Shown in pieces: positions 1 through 13,217 of a DNA stretch of 64,000 nucleotides (within the stretch, counting starts at the first letter, position 1; every line of letters starts with the position of its first letter). Source of the DNA: the human T2T-CHM13v2.0 reference genome, Homo sapiens; the NCBI RefSeq assembly GCF_009914755.1, contig NC_060937.1. The stretch is one strand, 5' to 3'. Position numbers and translations under genes: made by a program. The notes beneath the pieces are model-generated. The model made no database searches. It worked only from the letters and a program-made list of their open reading frames with translations, and was not told the origin of the DNA.

Positions 1-59
1 TATAATTTGCATTTTGAATAATTACTCCATATAGGCAGAACTCCTGTGCCAGGAAAGGC

Positions 60-531
60 AGTCTTATGTATCTTTTCATCCCCAATCGGCCATAGAAGAA
101 TGGGTCTTGGTCCTGGTACACTTCATTATCAAGTGATACATAGTCTGTGATGAACTTATCACCTTGAGCAGGAATGTCTTTCCCTGTTTCAAGCTCAATG
201 TGCACTCCCTTGTTCTGCTTAAGCACGTGCCTCAGGGCTTCTGACTTACCCCTAGCTTTCAGTATTTTATATTCCACAGAGTGGGAGAGATTTCTTCCAC
301 TGCAGCACTAGAGGTGTGCTTGTAAGCAAATCGCCCTGCTTGGGCTCCCAGGGAACCCACTAGCCCTGATGGACCAGTGCAGACTATTGGAGCAGATGTT
401 GTTCTGCCTCTACATGTAAGTAAAGCCTTGGTCCAACCAGTGATTAATCATGTAGTGTTTTCCTTGGGAACTCTGATACCAAGAGTCCGTTCCTGGAACT
501 GACAACTGAGTCCACAGTGGACTGCTCAACA
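60..531 (+). mobile_element. Old ERVL-class solo LTR, LTR41-like
   Basis: Recalled LTR41-like motifs (gttctgcttaag; cccagggaacccac; taagtaaagcc; ttccttgggaactctgata) and a terminus ctgctcaaca at 531. 5' edge uncertain. Confidence 0.5.
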
Positions 532-574
532 ACTAGATTGTTATATTTGCTATATAATTTAATGCAGTCTTCAA

Positions 575-730
575 AATACCCCTATTGTTAGGCATCTTAT
601 CAACATTTTAGAAACAGGAAAACATGTTTCGAAGAAACGAAGTAACTTTGCAAACTTTATTACAGAGTAAATGATAAAATTGTAATCAGCTCTGTCTTAA
701 CACAAATCATGGATTTTCTTTACTATGCTG
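575..730 (-). mobile_element. MIR SINE remnant
   Basis: Degenerate MIR core (cattttagaaacaggaaaac...aagtaactttgcaaac) ending tttactatgctg. Confidence 0.5.
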
Positions 731-857
731 TCAAGGTTAATCATCATTAGAATGTTGGCCCAGGCTTTCTTTTCTAGTCCATAGAAATTCCTCATATAAT
801 ATTAAGACATAAACATATTTTAAAAATATATAATACTGGTTTTCCCCTGGGTCAAAT

Positions 858-2238
858 TGTGTCTGGAATTGTGTCTGGTTCTTGGTCTTGCTGACTTCAA
901 GAATGAAGCCGCAGACCCTCACGGTGTTACAGTTCTTAAAGATGGTGTGTCTGGAGTTTGTTCCTTCAGATGTGTCCAGAGTTTTTTCCTTCTGGTGGGT
1001 TCCTGGTCTCGCTGACTTCAGGAGTGAAGCTGCAGACCTTCACGGTGGGTGTTACAGCTCTTAAAGGCGATGCATCTGGAGTTGTTCCTTCCTTCTGGTG
1101 GGTTCGTGGTCTCGCTGACCTCAGGAGCGAAGCTGCAGACCTTCGTGGTGAGTGTTACAGTTCATAAAGGTGGCGCGTCCGGAGTTGTTTGTTTCTCCTG
1201 TCCGGAGTTGTTCGTCCCTCCCGGTGGGTTTGGGGTCTCGCTGGCTTCAGGAGTGAAGCTGCAGACCTTCACAGTGAGTGTTACAGTTCATAAAGGTGGT
1301 GTGGACCCAAACAGTGAGCAGCAGCAAGATTTATTGCAAAGAGTGAAAGAACAAAGCTTCCACACTGTGGAAGGTGACCCAAGCAGGTTGCCGCTGCTGT
1401 CCCAGGTGGCCTGCTTTTATTCTCTTATCTGGCCCCTCCCACATCCTGCTGATTGTTCCATTTTACAGAGAGCTGATTGTTCCATTTTACAGAGAGCTGA
1501 TTGGTCCGTTTCACAGAGAGCTGATTGGTCCATTTTGACAGAGTGCTGATTGGTGCATTTACAATCTTTTAGCAAGACACAGAGTGCTGATTGGTACGTT
1601 TACAATCCTTTAGCCAGACACAAAAGTTCTCCAAGTCCCTACCAGATTAGCTAGACACAGAGCACTGATTGGTGCACTTACAAACCTTTAGCTACACACA
1701 GAGTGCTGATTGGTGCGTTTACAATCCTTTAGCTAGACACAAAAGTTCTCCAAGTCCCCACCAGATTAGCTAGACACAGAGTGCTGATTGGTGTGTTTAC
1801 AATCCTTTAGCTAGACACAGAGTGCTGATTGGTGCATTTACAATGCATTAACTAGACAGAAAAGTTATCCAAGTCCCCACCTGACCCAGAAGCCCAGCCG
1901 GCTTCACCTCTCGATGGCACTTGCCATGGGACTTTGTGGCACCTAGCCCAGACACTCCAGCAGCCCAGAGGGAGCTCATCCCCCAGTCAAGCCCAGCAGG
2001 CACCAGCTGGCCATGCTGAGTGCGGGGTCCGCCAAGCCCGTGCCCACCTGGCACCTGCACCGGCCCACGAGCGCCATGCACAGCCCCAACTCCTGCCTGC
2101 ACCTCTCCCTCCACACCTCCCAGTGAGCAGAGGAAGCTGGCTATGGCCTCGGCCAACCCCAGAGAGGGGCCCCCACAGCTCAGCTGAGGCTGAGCCGCCA
2201 AGAGTGAGCGAGGGCTGCTAGCACATTGTCATCTCTCA
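858..2238 (-). mobile_element. Solo ERV9 LTR (LTR12 family, probably an older non-C subfamily)
   Basis: Reverse-complement LTR12 termini (tgtgtctggaatt... and ...attgtcatctctca). Perfect 4-bp TSD aaat at 854-857 and 2239-2242. Four U5 repeat units, a gctgattgg array and a shortened, CpG-depleted GC-rich region. Confidence 0.95.
1330..1860 (-). promoter_or_regulatory. LTR12 promoter/enhancer: CCAAT (NF-Y) array, AATAAAA TATA-like box and polyA signal
   Basis: About 8 intact ATTGG (CCAAT on the minus strand) between ~1500 and ~1832. ttttatt at 1415-1421 and tttatt at 1330-1335 sit at the canonical ERV9 positions. Activity is not shown by the sequence. Confidence 0.7.
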
Positions 2239-3359
2239 AAATTAACAACTTTTAGTAGATATATTTTTGGATTTTTCTTTTGGAAATACATGTTATTACT
2301 CATTTTGATTCTTCACTTAAAAATCAGATAGAACATTGTAGAAATAGCACAACTCTGAAATTTTTTATTTTTCTATTAAGCTTATATTTTTAATTGTTCT
2401 ATATTTCAAGGAGATGTTTTTAAGGAAACATGTATTTTGCTGATTAAAGGTCTCTTGTATTAATGGCAAAATAAATTACATTGGTTCATAGTTCTATATT
2501 GGGTGAACTCATAAGCCCTTTCTTACTTGACCCAAATTAATGAATTTCTATAATTAAAATTTTATTGTTAATTATTTCTTTTCATTCTCACTTTGCTTTT
2601 GCTGAAGAGATGTTGGCACTTTGGCATAAGCTTAACTACCTCAGGCATGAATATTATTTGTTTCCATTAATTTGAATTTATGCCAGAGACTTGGTTGAAA
2701 TTGTTATTACTATGCTAAACATCTCCAGTTCCTGGTTTACTCACAACCTCTTCAGTCAGCATAAGGATTAATTATAACTCAAAATAGATTGCCAATTATC
2801 CTCATTTACTATAACCTTCTATCTCATCTACTTATGATTGGAAAACCTCATTGATATCAGGGGGTTTACTGGATTGCAAAACATTCACCCACTAGAACTT
2901 AGAAATTACTGAGATTACTGAGCAACTGCTGACAACTATTCCCCAAACTAACATATTAATCAAAGCTGTTTTTTGTAATGTATTAAAAACTAGCATCTTC
3001 ATTTGTCCATGTTCTATACTTTATGTAAATAGCTAGAGCTTTTTTTCACTCTCTTCTACTTCAATAGAGTATCTTTTAAATTCTATACTAATTTGTTGTT
3101 TCCATTGTTTTTCACTTGGCATCCTTCTTTGCCTTCTTGTTGTATTTTTACCCTTTAATTTGCTTCCCTTTCTTTTACAAAATCTCTTTTCCCACATTTC
3201 CTATGACAAATCCATGTATCCATGAATAACTTATTATGAAATCTTTAAGATCAAGGTAATACAATTTTTCTTCTTTTTTTAGACATTTTTCATGGATATA
3301 TTAATCATTTATAAGTGTAAGCTGTACCTGCTCTTGGCCTTATTTTTCTGGCAAGAACA

Positions 3360-4210
3360 TGTTAACGAAACACCAGGGGCTTGGTGTAGGTCCTGCTGCT
3401 CACCACACAGAAAGCCAATCCCTGAGATGACACGTATTGCCAAGGAAGAAGGCTTTCTTTAATCAGGTGCTGCAGCTGAGGAGACGGCCGCTCAGTCTCA
3501 AATCCATCTTCCTAACTGACTAAAACTAGGAGTTTATACAGCAGGGAAGTAATGTAACCATGTTTAAGAAAACAACAATTAGGGAGGGGCAAAGAGGCAT
3601 CTGGTGCCGCAACCTGGTGAGTTTCAGTTGTTTGACACTTTTTTTGAGAGGCCTGAAGGTCCTTTCCTGAGGAAGGAACACAGGTAAAACAAATGCAAGT
3701 TTCAAGCTTTAACAGCAGAAGGGTCATTTTCTATGTTTATCAAAAAGAACAGCCTATGGGATTATTGGGCCAGTTTCAGTCCCTCGTTTCTATTTATCAG
3801 TTCCTCAATCATTAGGAATCCAGTTGTGGCTCATTCTGGCTGCTTCACACTGAGGAGGGGTGTTGTTGGCAGCTCCATACCATGAATGACCATGTGGCCA
3901 CTGAGGAATCAAAGGTTAATCTAATAAAAAGTTTTCTTCTGAAACACATTTCTCCCTATGGTCTCCCACTTGCACCAAAGACAAATCACACCATCACCAA
4001 ATTACCTGCAAAATAAGCTTCAGTCCCATATACTTGGCCTGATTACTCACATAAAGTGCAGTAAGAATCATTGTCCACAAAAGCTCTCCTAAATTGGACT
4101 TGATGAACCTCTCACAAGGCTATTCCAGTCAAAGCCCTGGGAAAATAACCAGTTCTTCCAACTGTGCCCCTATTACAAAAGAAAACAGGTTCTTATTAAA
4201 TGTATGTAAG
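3360..4210 (-). mobile_element. ERV1 (MER4 group) MER66-like 3' LTR (3360-3778) plus ~430 bp of internal sequence
   Basis: LTR ends tgttaacgaaacaccagggg and attgggccagtttca. A purine tract on the minus strand adjoins 3779. The MER4-int-like aaaagaaaacaggttcttatt occurs near 4180. Confidence 0.75.
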
Positions 4211-4916
4211 AGAAAACAACTATCAGAATTTTACTCTATACATTCAATAATTTTCAATGTACGTTGCACATATGTGTATACTCTACATATTGTAGTTTAT
4301 AATCTGTTTTATAGAATAAAAATAAAACCTATTGGCTTTTTTTCTTGTTAGTATCTCTACAAATAATTTATAAGCTTTTCTTTCAATAGCTCTCTTATAT
4401 ATTATTTAACTACTCCCATGTTTAACCAATCCCATATTGGTTTAGTTTTATTTTTAACCTTTCCAGTTTTTTGAATAGTGTATTGCTTAGTGTCATGTAA
4501 CACAAGCTTTGACCACACCCTTATTTTCTTGTAATAAATAGCTCTAAATATATTGTTGGATAATTTAAAATATTTAATTGTTAAATATATAAACATGCTA
4601 TCAAATTTTTAAATTTCAAACAGTAGTTATGAGTATGTCTCTTGCTTCATGACTTTTCCTACCATAATACCCTCAATCCACAGAACCAATGTATGGAGTC
4701 TGCCGTATGGAGTATACTCGTTTCTGAGTATACATATTCCAATTATACATTATAGAACTGGAAAAATAACCATATAATGGGTTTGGGGATCCACTAGACC
4801 ACTATGGGATGGATCTGAGCTAAAACTCCATTAATCATCTGACTTGCATACGCCTCTTTTCAGAATAATAGACCACAGTGTCATTTGGATCTCCTAAAAT
4901 TAATGTCAATGACCAA

Positions 4917-6085
4917 AGTCTTAGTCCATTTATTTTTCTATAAAGGAATACCTGAGGCTGGGTAATTTATAACAAAAATAGGATTATATGGCTCATGTTT
5001 CTGCAGGATGTACAAGAAGCATGACACCAACATCTATTTCTGGCGAGGGCTTCAAGTTTCTTCCACTTATAGCGGAAGTTGAAGGGGAGCAACTTGTAGA
5101 GATCACATGGTGAGAAGAAGAAATAGAGGGGAGGGAGGTGCCTGATTCTTTTTAACAATCAGGCCTTGCAGAAACTAATATAATGGGAACTCACTCATTA
5201 CCACAAGGATGGTATCAAGCCATTCATGAGGAATCTGCTCCCATGCACAACTACCTCCCTTTAGGTCCCTCCTCCAGCATTAGGGATCAAATTTCAACAT
5301 GAGGTTTAGAGGGGTCAAACAAACCAAACTACAGCATTCTGCCCCTAGCCAATGCCACCACCCAAATCTCATGTCCTTCTCACATACAAAATACAATGAT
5401 TCTATCTCAGTAGTTCCTAAGAGTCTTAACTTGTTCAGGCATCAACTTACTACTTTGAAATCCAATGTTTCATCTGAGACTCAAGGCAAGTTCCCTCCAG
5501 CTATAAGCCTATAAAATCAAAAACAAGTTATTTATTTCCAAGATACAATGGTGGTACAGGCATTGGGTAAACATTCCCATTCCAAAAGGAAGAAATCTGC
5601 CAAACGAAAGGGCTAGCAGGCCCCACACAAATCTGAAACCCAGCAGAGCAGACATTAAATCTTAAAGCTCCCCACTGACTCCATGTCCTGCATCCTGGGG
5701 ACACTGGTGCAAGGGGTAGACTCTCAGGGCTTCAGGCAGTCCCATTCCCATGTCTTTACTTCTCTCATGGGTTGAAGTCCAATGCCTGCAGCTTGTCCAG
5801 GTTTCAAGCTGCTGGTGGCTCTATAATTCTAGGATCAGGAGGCTTTGGCCCTGTTTCCACAGTTCCACTGGGCAGTCCCCTAGTAGGGACCCTATGCAGG
5901 GGCTCCAACTCCACATTTCTGCTTGGCATTGCCTTAGTAGACTCTGCAAGAGCTCTCTGCCCCTGAGGCAGGATTCTGCCTGGGTACCCAGGCTTTCCCA
6001 TCCATCCTCTCAAATCTAGGTAAAAGCCCCTAAGCCTTCACCACTCTTGTATTTTGGGTGCCTGCAGACTTAACACCATGTGTTC
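4917..6085 (-). mobile_element. MaLR MSTB-like LTR (~4917-5336) plus truncated MST internal region
   Basis: tcttagtccattt...aaggaatacctgaggctgggtaatttata...ccaaactacagca, followed by the MST-int motifs ccaaatctcatgtccttctcacat and caggcattgggtaaacattcccattccaaaagg. Confidence 0.9.
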
Positions 6086-6904
6086 CATGTTTCAGACAAC
6101 CAATCAAACTGTTAGAGCTTTTTTAACCCTTCAATCTACAAAATAGAATGCTCTTGCTCAGTTGACCCATAGCAATAAATTCATCTTGATCCAACTTTAT
6201 GTTCCACCATTATCCTTCACTCTTAATATGTATTCTCACACATATTCCCCAGATTTCTGTCTCTATACACTGGAAAAAAATCATGCAGTTCTTTTAGTGT
6301 ACAGTATGCTCATGTTTTGCTTCAACCAAAGAGAGGTCTCACTTTATGCTTCACCCAAAGAGAGATGCTGAGAATAATCAGCAGTGCCTTGAAAGGCAAC
6401 AACCTCAAGGGAGGCTATTACAATTTCTCCAGGCAAAGCAGGGTTAATCTTTTCAGGCAGGAGTGATGGAAAGGCTTCTACTACTGAAAAGGAAAATTCA
6501 GCAGAATCTAGGGAGCTGATGTCTCCAGCTTTACCAGAATCTGACTATATTTCCTCAGTGCAATTTTCAGGATCCCATTCCTTTCCTATCAGTGGCCTCA
6601 GTTTAACAGAAGACATCCTGTTGAGATGGTTGAGAATTCAATTTGTTTTGTGATCCATCCACTCTCAGGATGAGACTCTGTGTTTATATTTCAGAATCTC
6701 CATCCTGCAGCTGCAGGAAATAGGGTTTCTTTCAGGGAAGATACAGAAGATTTTAGGTCATTTAATCAGAGCTTGTGCTGAGATTCTGATGTGCTGTCTT
6801 TTTTACCCTCAATTTCTCCCCTAGAGCAACCAGCTAATCGCATTGTGCTCATTACTTTAAATAAAAATATTCTAAGGTAGGAAAAAAAATGGTAATCCAA
6901 AATT

Positions 6905-7017
6905 TTATATATACATACACACACACACACAATATATATATATATATATTTGTATATATAGATTTTTATATACAAACATTTTATATGTAAATATATAGAT
7001 ATATAAATATATATATT
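6905..7017. repeat. Compound (TA)n/(CA)n microsatellite
   Basis: Read directly from the sequence. Confidence 0.9.
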
Positions 7018-7211
7018 TGGTTAGAATAATTTAATGGTGATATCCTGTATATTTCTATTGTAATATCTTACCTTGGGCTACTAGTTTCCTCTTTATCACT
7101 GGAAATAGGGACATTTAATCAGTTTTAAGACCAAATTCCAGAAAACCCAGTACAAAATAAGAAAATTTATCTTTAATATTGTATTCCTCTAGAACAATGT
7201 TTGGTATTGAA

Positions 7212-7660
7212 ATATTTACTCTTTTCTTGTAGCAGCTGTAACAAATTAGCACCAAAAAGGTCACTTAAGAGACATTTATTATCTCACAGTTCTGGAGGGC
7301 CAGAGATCTGAAACCAAGGTGCTGGCAGAGGCACTCTCCCTCTGGAAGCTCTAGGGGATTCTATATTTCTCGCCTTTTACAGCTTCTTGTTGCTGTTGAT
7401 TTCCTTCACTCTTGGCCACATGGCTTGCTCCTCCTCTTCATATTGTTTTCTCCTCTGTGAGTCTGTGCATAAAATTTCACTCTGCCTTGCTCTCACTTGT
7501 GATGGCATGGAGAGCCTACCCTGATAATCTAGCATCTAAAACACAACTTTTGCCATGTAAGATAATATTAACTATTTTACCCTATGAGGTAATATTTACA
7601 GGTCCAGGGATTTGGACATGACATGTATTTGGGGGCGGGTCACCATTCAGTCCACTAAAC
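7212..7660 (-). mobile_element. MaLR MLT1 (B/C-like) solo LTR
   Basis: gctgtaacaaatta...catttattatctcacagttctggagg...gatttggacatgacatgt...accattcagtccacta. Confidence 0.8.
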
Positions 7661-7759
7661 TCCTAAGATTCTGCACTACTCAACATCACTCTGCTGTGTT
7701 TGGAGCATGGCATTGCAGTTTTCTTTAGTATTTGGTAAGAAAAACCACTCATCTTTACT

Positions 7760-8600
7760 ATCTATTTTTGTGATGTTATGAATAATAATATTTTATTTTC
7801 TGTTATACTTTTTAGTGACCATTGATAGTAAACACAGATGTCTTTGTAGGTTAATCTTGCATACAATAAATCTACTAATTTTTTCCATAATTCTATAAAT
7901 GTCTTTTGATTTATTATTTCCTTATGCAGATAATCATATCTTCAAATAACAGCACTTTGCTTTTTCCCTACCAATCCTCATAGCTAATATAGCTTGTCTT
8001 TTAATAATCTTGTTGGCTATGAATTTCTATCCTGTGCTTATCAGTAATTACAATAGTGAAGACGCTTATCATGTTTCATATTCTAAATAAAGTATTTCTA
8101 ACAGTTTTCCACTGAGAATCATGTTAGGTATTAATTTTTAATGTGCAGATAGGTCAAAATAAGAAAATTTCATTCTTTTACTTATTTTCTGGTTTTAAGC
8201 ATATTAATCACATTATTCTAATTATATATATATACACACACACACATATATATATATTTCTTTTATATTATGTGTTTGGCATATCTTTGGGAGAGGTACA
8301 TTTAAAATGTCCAGCTACAATAGTTTATTTGGTCTTTTCCCCTAATTTTTTAGTTCTTCTTTACAAAATTAAGGGCTATATAAAATTGGGGGTTTTAAAT
8401 TTTTATAACTTTTTTTATCTATTCTCTATTTATAAGTATTTAAATTGTTACTACTCATGATAATTTTGGCTTATGTTATATATTATTTTACATTAAAATT
8501 TTTATATTGAATTATTTTCAGGTTCACATTGCCTGTAATATCTGGCTTTAACAATTTAGTTTCAGAGTTTTATATGCTTTTTAGTTCAGTGAATTTCTTA
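7760..8600 (-). mobile_element. Ancient L1M fragments
   Basis: T-rich degenerate antisense L1 ORF2 motifs (ttaatcttgc; gataatcatatcttcaaata; ttttccactgagaatcatgttagg). Confidence 0.5.
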
Positions 8601-8685
8601 TAGACAAGATATTCTTTGATTATTAAGATATGCTTGGATTATTCTTGGATTCTTGTCTTTTCTGATTGATGTGATTATTCCATAT

Positions 8686-9150
8686 TGTAAAGGGTGGCCC
8701 CCAAAAAGACATGCTGCTTTCCTAATCCCCAGAATCTGTGTGCCTTATATGGCAAAAGATTGAATATTACTTTGTGTGGCCAAAGATGTGATTAAACTAA
8801 AGCTCTTGAAAGGAGGAGCTTATACTGAATTATCCGGGTGGGCCCCAAATGCAACCATATGTACCCTAATAAGAGAGAGCCTCAGGAACTCCAGAGACAG
8901 ATACATAGATGAGAAGACATGTATAAAAGAGACAATTGGAGTGATATGGCCATGAGTCAAAGAATGCCTGAATCTACGGGAACCTAGGAGAGGAAAGAAA
9001 GGAATTCTCTCCTACACCCTTTGGAGGGAGCACCACCCTGTTGACACCTTGATTTCAGACTTTGAGCTTCCAGAATTGTGAGGGAATACATTTCTGTTGT
9101 TTTGCTAAGGTTGTGGCACTTTGTCATGGCAGTCCTAAGAAACTAATACA
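8686..9150 (+). mobile_element. MaLR MLT1 (C/D-like) solo LTR
   Basis: tggcccccaaaaaga...cctaatccccagaatctgtg...gacaccttgatttcagact...gaaactaataca terminus. Confidence 0.85.
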
Positions 9151-9294
9151 CCTCATGGACTTATATTGTAATTACTCTTGTACTAATATTAACTTTTGCT
9201 TTCTTGTTGGATATTTTCTGCTTAAAACTTTTTTAAAAAACTATCTTTTATTGTTCAATTGAATAAATGCACTTTATCTACTGGGTTGAGATTT

Positions 9295-9400
9295 AAAATT
9301 CACTGAACTTCTCTGTGCCTCAGTTTTCCCAAATCCTAAATAGTAAAATGAATGCATGGCTTGTTTTCTGCATAGCTTACTTGTGAGGATTAAATGGGTT
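9295..9400 (+). mobile_element. MIR remnant
   Basis: ctctgtgcctcagttttccc...ttgtgaggattaaatg core. Confidence 0.7.
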
Positions 9401-10574
9401 GCTGGGCCCCAAGTCATTCGGTTTTTACTGCTACATGGCTATGCTCTCTAACTAAATTTTAAAACTTAGGCTAAGACCATGGATAACATAGGCTTGCTTG
9501 CATATTAGATATAGAGATGCTAAATAATAATCATAAGTACTTTTTATTCCTGAGATTAAACTTTATACACATTCTGTTCAGTAACATAAGTAACCAGGGT
9601 AAATATGGAATGCACATATGAGTACAAAACTTAAAAATTGGTATGAAAGCATAAAATACAGCACATAGTAATTTTAGTAAACTAATATTAATTGAATGTT
9701 AAACAGTATCCATTACAATTATTTATCGTATCATATTTCATTGAATAAAACATTTATCATAAACACAAAAAGTATCCATAAACCTCAGAAACCAACACTG
9801 AGTGAAAACATTAATAATTAGTAACATTATATTCTAAATACTGCCACCAATTTTAGAAATGCCTTAAAATTATTGTCACCCTTTTAGAATTTTTTCAAAA
9901 TAAACAAAATTATTATATGACATTTAAATGAAGAATGAGGAAAAATTAAAGAGTATATGATTTAATCATTGGGAAGTGATAAAAAATTAGTTTATTCTTA
10001 CTATTTTTTTCCAGTAATATAGCACAATATAATTAAGCAACCAGAAATAAAAAGTATATTTTATGGTGTTTTAAAATGTGGCTTTTGGAATTTGACAATA
10101 AGTAAACATATGTAGAGTACATGTTTTAACTCTAAATAGATAAAAGCTTCATGAAAATATAAGAGCTAAATTAATTGCAAACTGCTAGATTTAAATTAAA
10201 AGTGCTTAATATGTTATGAGAAGACAGGAACAGACGCCCACATTTATACTAGTCAGTATAATTCATATAATTAGACCTTAAAATGGCACACACTTAAAAC
10301 AACTTGGTAAGTATTCATTGATTTTTCAGAAACGTACATAGGAGTTTCTAATTCATCTATAAACAGGTAAAACTAACTAAAGATAATATTACTAGGATGT
10401 GTTTACAATAAATAAAACTATGAATATTAAGAGAACACTTTATGCTGTTGGCAATTTCAGTCTAAGGAATATGTAGTTTCACAGCTATCTGTGTATACTA
10501 AACATTCACATTTTTGACATTTGCCAACATTTATTTGTCACTTAAAATAGGCCATGACTGTCCTAACTGATTTT

Positions 10575-10765
10575 TTCTTATTAATATAATACTCACCTAT
10601 AAGGTATGTATTATCATCATCCTTATTTACAACAGAATAAACCATGGCAGAAAGCATTTAAACAGAAAAACCAAATTCACATGACTAGTAATGGCTGTAG
10701 CCCAGATTCAAACCTTGGTATCTAGATTTGAGTTTGGTTCCAGTACTCAACAAGCTTCACCATTT
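10575..10765 (-). mobile_element. MIR remnant
   Basis: tattatcatcatccttatttac...cacatgactagtaatggc...gattcaaacc. Confidence 0.6.
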
Positions 10766-13217
10766 TGTGAGCCTGCTCCTGAAGGGTTATAACAATTACA
10801 ATCAGTTCTCCAGTACAATTCATATAGAAACAGTGTTTGTCCTCTAAACACTCAGCATTTTTATCATATCTCTCTCTTCCCAAAACTCTAAGTAGCTCTG
10901 AGGTTGCTGCTTTTCCTAATAACTCCCTGGATGATAAATAGTAAGAGAATACATCACCTATCTGCTACATTTATATTTTAACAGTTATACTAGAGATATA
11001 CCCGTAGAACCAAAGAGACAGCTCTCAAATTGTTAAATTTGATAATGTGTAAGGCAATAGTAGTGATGGAGGCAGGGGGTTGGCAGGGGCAAAATTGTAA
11101 GCAGGAGACCCTATTTAGTTCACCTTATGCTGCACAGTAGTGATATTTAATGTTTTCATCTATTTGTGCTATTTGGCTATCCTTAAAAATATAATATTCT
11201 TGCCTGGTTTAATAGCCATTTAAATGTATAATTTAATTAATCATCTGGCATTTTTGGAATAAATAAATTGTATTCAACCGATGTTTAAAATGACAATGCC
11301 CCCGAAGTGGAACCCTACTGAGATGTTACTTGAAATGACCAAATGCCATTTTGTAATTGTCCATAAAATAATGTTTCTTAAGATTCTTGTCCAAATTCAG
11401 CATTTGAATGTGCCACCCTTACCTTTGAAATATGCTGTGCTCTAACAGATGGAGACACAGCAGCAATCACAGAAAGGCTTTTCAAATGAGGCGCATGTAC
11501 CCTGAAATCCAAAACAGCTCCAGTGTGGACAACCGGAGGCTTGTGACCTTTGCTATAGGAGAAAAGTGTCTATTGACTCTTGGACTCATTATTTCACATA
11601 CTGAGCTGTTAACAGTTGGATTAAACTTTCTTAGAATGGAAATTCCAGTTTCCAGCACAAAGCGACTTTATTTTAAATAGCAAAAGTGCTATTTCTTCTT
11701 TTTCTTTGATAGCCATTATACTTCTGTGTAATAAACTTCAAAGCCACGATATACATTGAGGAAAAGGAATGGAAGACACAAGTAATCAAATCATATTTTT
11801 CTGTAACTTCCAGATCAGGCAGAAATGAGGGAAATAAGCACCTCTGTAATAATAATTTCACTTCACTCATTCTAAAATCTAAGGTAGCTATAAAAATACT
11901 ATGACTTTCTTTTCAAATATATGTGTTTATATGTATATTTATCTTGAATCTCTTTTTGAATATATATTTTACTCTGTTTTGTTTTCAAATTGCATACTTA
12001 TATTTAGCTTCCCACATAAATATTATAAATTTGTTTATTTGTGAGACCTAAGATTTCCTTCTCCTGTGGATTCCATTTTATGAAACATTTGAGTGGAAAT
12101 GTTTAATCATAGCTTACACCAGGGTATAAGAGAACATGTAAGTCAAAAACTGAAGATAAAGAGACATATTTTCTGGTTGTAGAGACTCCCCTCATTTCCT
12201 TCTGCATGCAGATTTTGCTTAAGTGGCAAAAGTCATATATAAAAAAAATCCTAATGTGTGGCGGATGTTATTTCTAAAATAGTAGCAGCTTAAACAGAGA
12301 TATCCAGTTCTCTGTTTCTAGATCAGCACTGAAATATCAAAAGCAATTTCCGCAGCAAGCAAGAACATTCCCATTTGCCATAGAAATAGAAGAAAAGTGT
12401 CACCTCATATCCCTAAATTTGTAGAGTAGAAATGGAAATGATAGCAGGTTAAAAGAAAGCACTGAGAGAGGGCTCACATCTTCCCTCCCAAGTGTCACTG
12501 AGGAATCATGGGAAATGAACAAAGAAAAGAGTAAATTTTTGTACAACACTACTATTACCACTCATCTTAGTAGACTTCTACACATTCCTGATTTGGAAGG
12601 TAAAGCCCAGGGAAATGATGGGATGGAAACAGATCTCTCAGAATCCTAATATGCAAGAAAAGCTATTCTGGAGACTACGCTTTGCGTGGTGACTATATTG
12701 TAGGCAAAGCTGGCAGAGGTTGTCCAGATGTAGTGCAACCTTGCTGTTTTAGAGAATAAAATCAGGAAGAAGCCTGGGCATAATCGTAATTGAAGAGGTG
12801 AGCACAAAAGATGGTAGAATATCTGTCTCTTGGCTCTTTCCCTTCATCTAGCAGAAAAAAAGATGTATTTTTTCCCCCAGTTTGGAGAGCTCACAGTCCT
12901 AAGTCATTCTACTTGATGTTTAATTTACCACAAATAAATCATGTAGCTTAAAGTCTGTGTATTTCTGAGAGTAAACAGGTAGAAAAAGCGAGAAACAGCA
13001 GAAAATGCACTCCCCATATTTAGGAGTTATAATCATGTATGTAAAGTGTGTTCTCTGTTTAAATAACAAAACAAATTTGTTAAAATTTGTACTTATTTGT
13101 AAGTACAAATAAGGGAAGTGGGACCAGTAAACTCGAGACTATATTGTCAAGAAAACTTAAAAAAGAAGTGTTTCAAGAGTAAAACTCTTTCCAAAATAAG
13201 CTGTCAATCCATTGAAA

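Noticed and set aside
1440-1860. Regularly spaced gctgattgg repeats that look superficially CRISPR-like (also 43000-43500)
   Set aside because: The spacers are themselves repeated. This is the known ERV9 U3 enhancer array in a primate context, with no cas genes.
882-2221. Overlapping ORFs of 60-172 aa in the LTR12 copies (also 13691-14256 and 42485-44081)
   Set aside because: They are chance frames in GC-rich, tandemly repeated LTR sequence. The same pseudo-peptides (GVKLQTF) recur in the U5 repeats of different LTR copies.
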